Shown here: piece after piece, positions 49,326 to 54,040 of the stretch
Layout: every line of letters begins with the position of its first letter
How positions within the stretch are numbered: position 1 is the first letter of the stretch
Assembly: GCA_964655175.1 (NCBI GenBank)
Contig: CAZZLY010000007.1
Span: forward strand, 6,463 to 60,502
Source of the DNA: an uncultured bacterium
GTDB lineage: Bacteria > Eisenbacteria > RBG-16-71-46
Length of the DNA stretch: 54,040 nt
Direction of reading: 5' to 3'
Notes under the pieces: model-generated
What the model saw: only the letters and a program-made list of their open reading frames with translations
Told to the model about the DNA's origin: nothing
Database searches by the model: none
Position numbers and translations under genes: made by a program

Positions 49326-50641
49326 GCGCGCGAACCCAGCACGAGGTCGGCCACCGCGTCGCCGCTCACCAGCCCGTCCTCGTGGAAGCCGTTGCGCCAG
49401 TAGGCGCCGCAGAAGTGCACGCGATGCGAGCCGCTCACCTCGGCGTGCCGCGCCTGCCACGCGATCGAGTCGTGCGTGAACGCGGGATGGGCGAACGTGA
49501 GTCGCTCGAGCACGCGGCCCGGCGCGACCGTGTCACGGTCGTTGAGCGTGAGCAGCAACGGCCCCGGCGTGCGCAGATGCTGCAGGCGCGCGAGGTCGTA
49601 GGTCACCATCACCGGCGCGGTGCGGTCGGCGGGGACGTGGTAGTTCCAGCTGCTCCAGGCGCGTCGCGCGCGCGGCAGCAGCGCGGTGTCGGTGTGCAGG
49701 ACCGCGGTGTTGGTGCGGTAGGGGAACGCTGCGAGCGCCTCGCGTTCGAGCGGCGTGGGGTCGGCGAGCAGCGCCAGGGATTGATCGGCGTGCGACGCCA
49801 GCACCACCTGATCGAAGGTCTCGGTGCCCGCATCGTGCGTCACGCGCACGCCGTCGGCGCTGCGTTCGATCCGGCGCACCGGACACGAGGTGCGCACGCG
49901 ATCGGCGAACGGTTGCGACAGCGCGGCCACGTAGTGCTGCGAGCCACCGTCCACGCAGTACCACTGGTACTGCCGCGCGGGCGGCTCGAGCATGCCGTGG
50001 TTGGCGAGGAACCGCACGAAGAAACGGGCCGGGAACGCCGCCATGTCGCGCTCGCTCGCCGACCAGATGGCCGCCCCCATGGGCACCAGATAGAAATCGC
50101 GGAACGCGCGCGGCAGCCGCTCGCGTTCGAGCAGCTCGCCCAGCGTGGCATCGGCGTGCGGGCCCGCGACCCAGTCGCGGGCGTGCGCGTTGAAGCGCAG
50201 GATCGCGCGCAGCATCCCCAGGAAGCTCGGATTGACCAGGTTGAGCGGCTGCGCGAACAGGCCCGCGAGCGTCTCGCCCGCGTACTCGAGCCCGCTCGTG
50301 GCGTCGTGCACCGAGAAGCCCATCGAGGTCGGCGACGTCGCGACACCGAGCCGCTCGAACATCGCCTTGAGCCCGGGGTAGGTGTGGTGGTTCCAGACCA
50401 TGAACCCGAGGTCGGCGGCATGCGTCGCGGGGCGATCGCCGCCGGTCGTGACGCGCGTGGTGCGGCCATGACCGTCGGGGGTCGCGAGCGAGGCGCACAC
50501 CGCCGCATCGTTCACCGTGCGCGTGAGCGCGTGGCCGCCGAGGCGAGGCTCCGCCTCGAAGACGGTGAGTTCGTGATGCGGGTGCAATCGGGCGGCGGCG
50601 GTCAGGCCGGCGATCCCGGTGCCGACGACGGCGATCCTCAT
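49322..50641 (-). CDS. FAD-dependent amine-oxidase-family oxidoreductase (UfaD-like)
   Basis: GTGIAGL, FEA..RLGGH, D.GF.V.N..TYP, PMGAAIWS, F..NHG, LHTD, AWSSWNY and GAYW.NGFHEDG motifs. AGGAG RBS. Confidence 0.88.
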   Translation of the reverse strand: MRIAVVGTGIAGLTAAARLHPHHELTVFEAEPRLGGHALTRTVNDAAVCASLATPDGHGRTTRVTTGGDRPATHAADLGFMVWNHHTYPGLKAMFERLGVATSPTSMGFSVHDATSGLEYAGETLAGLFAQPLNLVNPSFLGMLRAILRFNAHARDWVAGPHADATLGELLERERLPRAFRDFYLVPMGAAIWSASERDMAAFPARFFVRFLANHGMLEPPARQYQWYCVDGGSQHYVAALSQPFADRVRTSCPVRRIERSADGVRVTHDAGTETFDQVVLASHADQSLALLADPTPLEREALAAFPYRTNTAVLHTDTALLPRARRAWSSWNYHVPADRTAPVMVTYDLARLQHLRTPGPLLLTLNDRDTVAPGRVLERLTFAHPAFTHDSIAWQARHAEVSGSHRVHFCGAYWRNGFHEDGLVSGDAVADLVLGSRA

Positions 50642-50810
50642 GGGGGCTCCTGGGGACACGGGCCTCGGCCACGGGGGGACCGTGATGCGCGGGGCGGTCT
50701 GGGCCGCGAGAGTGCCCCGTATTGCATGCGGGCCGCAAGCGGCGGCATCATGCGGTGCTGCCGTGCCCGCTCGGGCACCGCTCCCGATCCGATTCCTCCG
50801 GAGACCGTCC

Positions 50811-52154
50811 ATGCTCGATCCGACGCCGCCGCCTGCGCTCACCACGCTGCTCGACACGCTGCGCACCCCGAACACCGCCTTCATGACGGCGCACCCCGGG
50901 GACCCGCCGCGTCGTCAGCCGGTGCACGTGGTCTATGGCGGGGGACATCTGTTCCGTGCCGACACGGCGGCCAAGTTGGGCGAGGTCGCGCGTCGGCTCA
51001 TGGCCGAGTACGCGCCGTCGCCGGCGGAACTCGACGCCGCGCTGGGGCTCGGCGCGCTGGCGGAGCCCGTGTACACGCGCGTCGTGGACAAGTTGCAGCG
51101 CGAGCCCGTCGAGGACTTCCGCATCGACTTCGAGGACGGCTACGGCACGCGACCCGACGCCGACGAGGACCGTGACGTCGCGGCGGCCGCGCGCGAGGTC
51201 GCCAAGGGCCATGCGGACGGCACGTTGCCGGAGTTCATCGGACTGCGGGTGAAGCCGCTCACCGAGGAGCTGCGCACGCGCAGTCTGCGCACGCTGCGGC
51301 TGTTCCTGGGCACGCTGCTCGAGTCGGCGGGCACGCTGCCCGAGAACTTCATCGTCACGCTGCCCAAGATCACCGCGCTCGAGCAGCTGCAGGTGTTCGT
51401 CGAGGTGCTGGCGCGACTCGAGGCCGAGTTCGGGTTGCCGGCGGGCCGGCTGCGGTTCGAGGCCATGATCGAGACGCCGCAGAACGTGCTCGACGCCGAC
51501 GGCGGCAGCATGATGCCGCGCATGATCCCGGCCGCACAGGGCCGACTGCAGGCCGCGCACTTCGGCACCTACGACTACACCGCCTCGCTCGGCATCACGG
51601 CGGCGCACCAGCGCATGCGGCATCCCGCGTGCGACCACGCCAAGCACGTCATGCAGGTGTCGTTCGCGGGCACCGGCGTGTGGCTGTCGGACGGTTCCAC
51701 GGCCATCCTGCCCGTGCCGGTGCATTCCACCGCGGGCGGGCGCACGATCACCGACGCGCAGCGCGCCGAGAACCGCCAGGGCGTGCACGCGGCGTGGCGT
51801 CTGCATGCCGACGACGTGCGGCACTCGCTCGCGGGCGGCTTCTATCAGGGCTGGGACCTGCACCCGGGCCAGCTCGTCTCGCGCTACGCGGCGGTGTTCG
51901 AGTTCTTCCTCGCCGGGCTGCAGCCCGCGAGCGAGCGGCTGCAGAACTTCATCTCGAAGGCGGCGCAGGCGACCCTGGTGGGCGACGTGTTCGACGACGC
52001 GGCCACGGGGCAGGGCCTGCTCAACTACTTCCTGCGCGGCGTGCAGTCGGGCGCGGTGAGCGAGGCCGAGGCGGTGCGACTGTCCGGGCTCACCGTGGAC
52101 GAGATCCGCGGACGGTCGTTCGTGCGCATCCTCAAGGCGCGCGGTCGCGCCTGA
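50811..52154 (+). CDS. HpcH/HpaI aldolase/citrate lyase-fold protein (DUF6986-like)
   Basis: RQPVHVVYGG, EP.EDFRIDFEDGYG, TLPK, E..IE, HFGTYDYTA, LSDGST..LP, GFYQGWDLHP.QL and DDAATGQ motifs. Confidence 0.75.
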   Translation: MLDPTPPPALTTLLDTLRTPNTAFMTAHPGDPPRRQPVHVVYGGGHLFRADTAAKLGEVARRLMAEYAPSPAELDAALGLGALAEPVYTRVVDKLQREPVEDFRIDFEDGYGTRPDADEDRDVAAAAREVAKGHADGTLPEFIGLRVKPLTEELRTRSLRTLRLFLGTLLESAGTLPENFIVTLPKITALEQLQVFVEVLARLEAEFGLPAGRLRFEAMIETPQNVLDADGGSMMPRMIPAAQGRLQAAHFGTYDYTASLGITAAHQRMRHPACDHAKHVMQVSFAGTGVWLSDGSTAILPVPVHSTAGGRTITDAQRAENRQGVHAAWRLHADDVRHSLAGGFYQGWDLHPGQLVSRYAAVFEFFLAGLQPASERLQNFISKAAQATLVGDVFDDAATGQGLLNYFLRGVQSGAVSEAEAVRLSGLTVDEIRGRSFVRILKARGRA

Positions 52155-52177
52155 ACGTCGTCGCCGCGCGGTGTCAT

Positions 52178-52214
52178 GGCGTCCCGGTCGCGACCTCGTC
52201 GTGACCGGGACGTC
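52178..52214. terminator. Hairpin between convergent genes
   Basis: GGCGTCCCGGTCGCGAC-CTC-GTCGTGACCGGGACGTC, with G-U pairs. Confidence 0.55.
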
Positions 52215-52217
52215 GCG

Positions 52218-52550
52218 TCACGAGCCGCGGTAGGTCGAGAACCCGAACGGCGACAGCAGCAGCGGCACGTGGTGATGTCGCAGCTCGCGGATCGCGAACA
52301 CGATCACGACCTCGGGATGGAAGCTGTCCACCCCGTGGCTCGCGAACCACGCACCGGTCTCGAACGTGAGCCGGTAGCGGCCCGTCGTCGTGAGCGGCGT
52401 GAACGCGTCGCGCACGCGGCCGTCGGCATCGGTGGTCGCCTGACCGTGCGCGTGCCAGTGCCCGTCCTGCTCGCGTTCGAGGCGCACCGCGACGCCGGCG
52501 GCCGGGGTTCCCGAGGTGAGGTCGAGCACGTGGGTGGTGATCGCGGTCAT
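52218..52550 (-). CDS. uraH: 5-hydroxyisourate hydrolase (transthyretin-like)
   Basis: ITTHVLD...G.PA, T..DGR and HHHVPLLLSPFGFSTYRGS motifs. Confidence 0.95.
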   Translation of the reverse strand: MTAITTHVLDLTSGTPAAGVAVRLEREQDGHWHAHGQATTDADGRVRDAFTPLTTTGRYRLTFETGAWFASHGVDSFHPEVVIVFAIRELRHHHVPLLLSPFGFSTYRGS

Positions 52551-52577
52551 GCGTCCTCCATGGCGTGGCGCGCGGCG

Positions 52578-53087
52578 TCAGGCGCCGGCGAGCAGTTTCT
52601 CGAGTCGGAGTCGGGTGATGCGCCAGAGTTCGTGTGCCGTCACGTCGAGTTCCGTGGCGGGGTCGTTCGTCATGCGGGACTGCAGCGCGGCCAGCATCTC
52701 GGCGGCACTGCGGCCGCTCGCGCACAGGATGAACGTGTGCCCGAAGCGCGCCTCGTAGTCGCGATTGCCCTGCGCCAGCGCGGCGCGCGTGTCCGCGTCG
52801 GCGTCGCGCGTGCCGGCCTGTTCGCCGGCGGACCAGGTGCTCGCCTGCGCGCTCACCGTGGCGGCCGCACGCGACTCACCCAGACGCGGATGATGCGCCA
52901 CCGCCTCGGCCAGTTGGGCGCGCGTCAGGCCCGCCCACGCGCGCTCGGCGGCCGACAGCAGCGCGTGATCCTCGGCCCACGGGCGGCTCGCGAGCGTCGC
53001 CTCGACCCAGTGCGATGCGCCACAGCACGCGGTCAGCGCGGCGCGCAGCGCGTCGTCGGGCAGTGCCGAGAGCTCGCGGGCGGTCAT
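52578..53087 (-). CDS. uraD: 2-oxo-4-hydroxy-4-carboxy-5-ureidoimidazoline (OHCU) decarboxylase
   Basis: CC...W...RP, HPRLG, S..EQ, N..YE.RFG..FI.CA.G and E..RI..LRL motifs. Confidence 0.92.
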   Translation of the reverse strand: MTARELSALPDDALRAALTACCGASHWVEATLASRPWAEDHALLSAAERAWAGLTRAQLAEAVAHHPRLGESRAAATVSAQASTWSAGEQAGTRDADADTRAALAQGNRDYEARFGHTFILCASGRSAAEMLAALQSRMTNDPATELDVTAHELWRITRLRLEKLLAGA

Positions 53088-53095
53088 GCGCGGCG

Positions 53096-54040
53096 TCAGC
53101 CCTGCACCGCGCCGAACAGGCGCAGGCGCGCCACGCCGCCGTCGGGGAAGATGTTGAGTCGCACGTGCGTCGCGGTCACGCGGGACGGCAGGTCCCACGC
53201 GTGGCGCGCGTGCGGCTGCAGCGGCGTCTCGGCCACGAGCGGCTGCCACGCGGAGCTCGCCACGAGCGCGTCGGCGGTCGCCTCGGGGGCGTCGCACCAC
53301 TCGAGCGTGCAGCGACCCGGGGCGTTGCCCTTGAAGTGATCGGTGTCGAGCTCGATGCGCTCGAGGCCACCGCGCGCGGCCAGTCGCACGATCGTCCAGT
53401 CGTGCCCGGGCCCGCGCCGACGACGCGTCTCCCAGCCGTCGCCCATGTGCGTCGAACGTCCGGGCAGGATCAGGTTCTGGCGATGCCCGAAGAACATGTC
53501 GCTGCACACCATCACGTAGCCGCCGTGCTCCATGGCGGCCAGGTCCACGACGCGGCCCGGTGCCAGGCGCGCGGGGTCGGGGCGCGCCTCGCCGTGCACG
53601 CGCAGCCGCGCCACGCCACCGTCGGGGAAGATGCGGAAGCGCAGGTGCGTGATCCGCTCGGGGCACGACACGGTGAACGCGTTGCGCGAATCCCCCGCGA
53701 GCGGCGACTTGGGCACGAGCACGTGCCAGCGCACCGCGGGGTCGGTGTCGAGTGCGACCGGGTCGGGCACGCCCGCGACCGCGCAGCCCTCGAGCTGTGC
53801 GTGCTCGGGGTAGTTGCCGCGGAAGAACGCGGTGTCCACGACGACGCCACGCACCACGCCGGGCAGGCCCAGCCGCACGAGGCACCAATCGTCGCCGGGC
53901 GTGCGACGGCGACGCGTCTCCCAGCCGTCCATCCACTTGCCGCGGTCGGTGTACTCGTGCTCGCGCCATTCGGCGGCGGCGGGACGCAGCAGCGCCTCCT
54001 TGGGCGCGAAGAACTCGTCATTGGCCCACAGCACCGCGCC
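53096..54040 (-). CDS. alc: Allantoicase (5'-partial)
   Basis: ANDEFFA, GKWMDGWETRRRR, DT.FF.GN and IFPDGGVARLR, with the domain duplicated. The start lies beyond the window. Confidence 0.95.
   Translation of the reverse strand, partial: GAVLWANDEFFAPKEALLRPAAAEWREHEYTDRGKWMDGWETRRRRTPGDDWCLVRLGLPGVVRGVVVDTAFFRGNYPEHAQLEGCAVAGVPDPVALDTDPAVRWHVLVPKSPLAGDSRNAFTVSCPERITHLRFRIFPDGGVARLRVHGEARPDPARLAPGRVVDLAAMEHGGYVMVCSDMFFGHRQNLILPGRSTHMGDGWETRRRRGPGHDWTIVRLAARGGLERIELDTDHFKGNAPGRCTLEWCDAPEATADALVASSAWQPLVAETPLQPHARHAWDLPSRVTATHVRLNIFPDGGVARLRLFGAVQG

Overview
A very GC-rich (visually about 70%, not computed) bacterial chromosomal segment that is mostly core genome. The secreted-protein C-terminal style ('LDVAGRR...PGMYWARL') and the gene mix suggest an FCB-related lineage such as Candidatus Eisenbacteria; this is inference only. 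From left to right: partial M50 peptidase; mglB-mglA (MglA has a long Pro-rich tail); a pgpA-cinA-thpR-recA-recX-alaS cluster interrupted by DUF5671, DCC-family, DUF2723 and a large secreted Asp-box propeller gene; a 28-aa coupled microprotein; rfbA-rfbD-gmhA-UbiA(DPPR synthase)-ispE-spoVG-tRNA-Gln(TTG)-prs-rplY-pth-rpsF-ssb-rpsR-DUF2232-rplI-PPIase/TPR-DUF151; minus-strand amidase and TonB genes; livKHMGF; hicB-hicA; selA; smc-ftsY behind a ~300-nt structured leader; a secreted hypothetical; radC; a five-gene fatty-acid modification cluster resembling the furan fatty acid pathway; an aldolase/citrate-lyase-fold gene; and the purine catabolism genes uraH, uraD and alc (partial). No CRISPR array, rRNA, integrase or transposase was seen. 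The most interesting items are the lipid-modification cluster, a Fibrobacter-type LexA-like palindrome over the recA promoter, the microprotein, the tailed MglA, the smc leader and the uncharacterised lyase next to the allantoin genes. Start codons were re-picked from RBS, overlap and family evidence.
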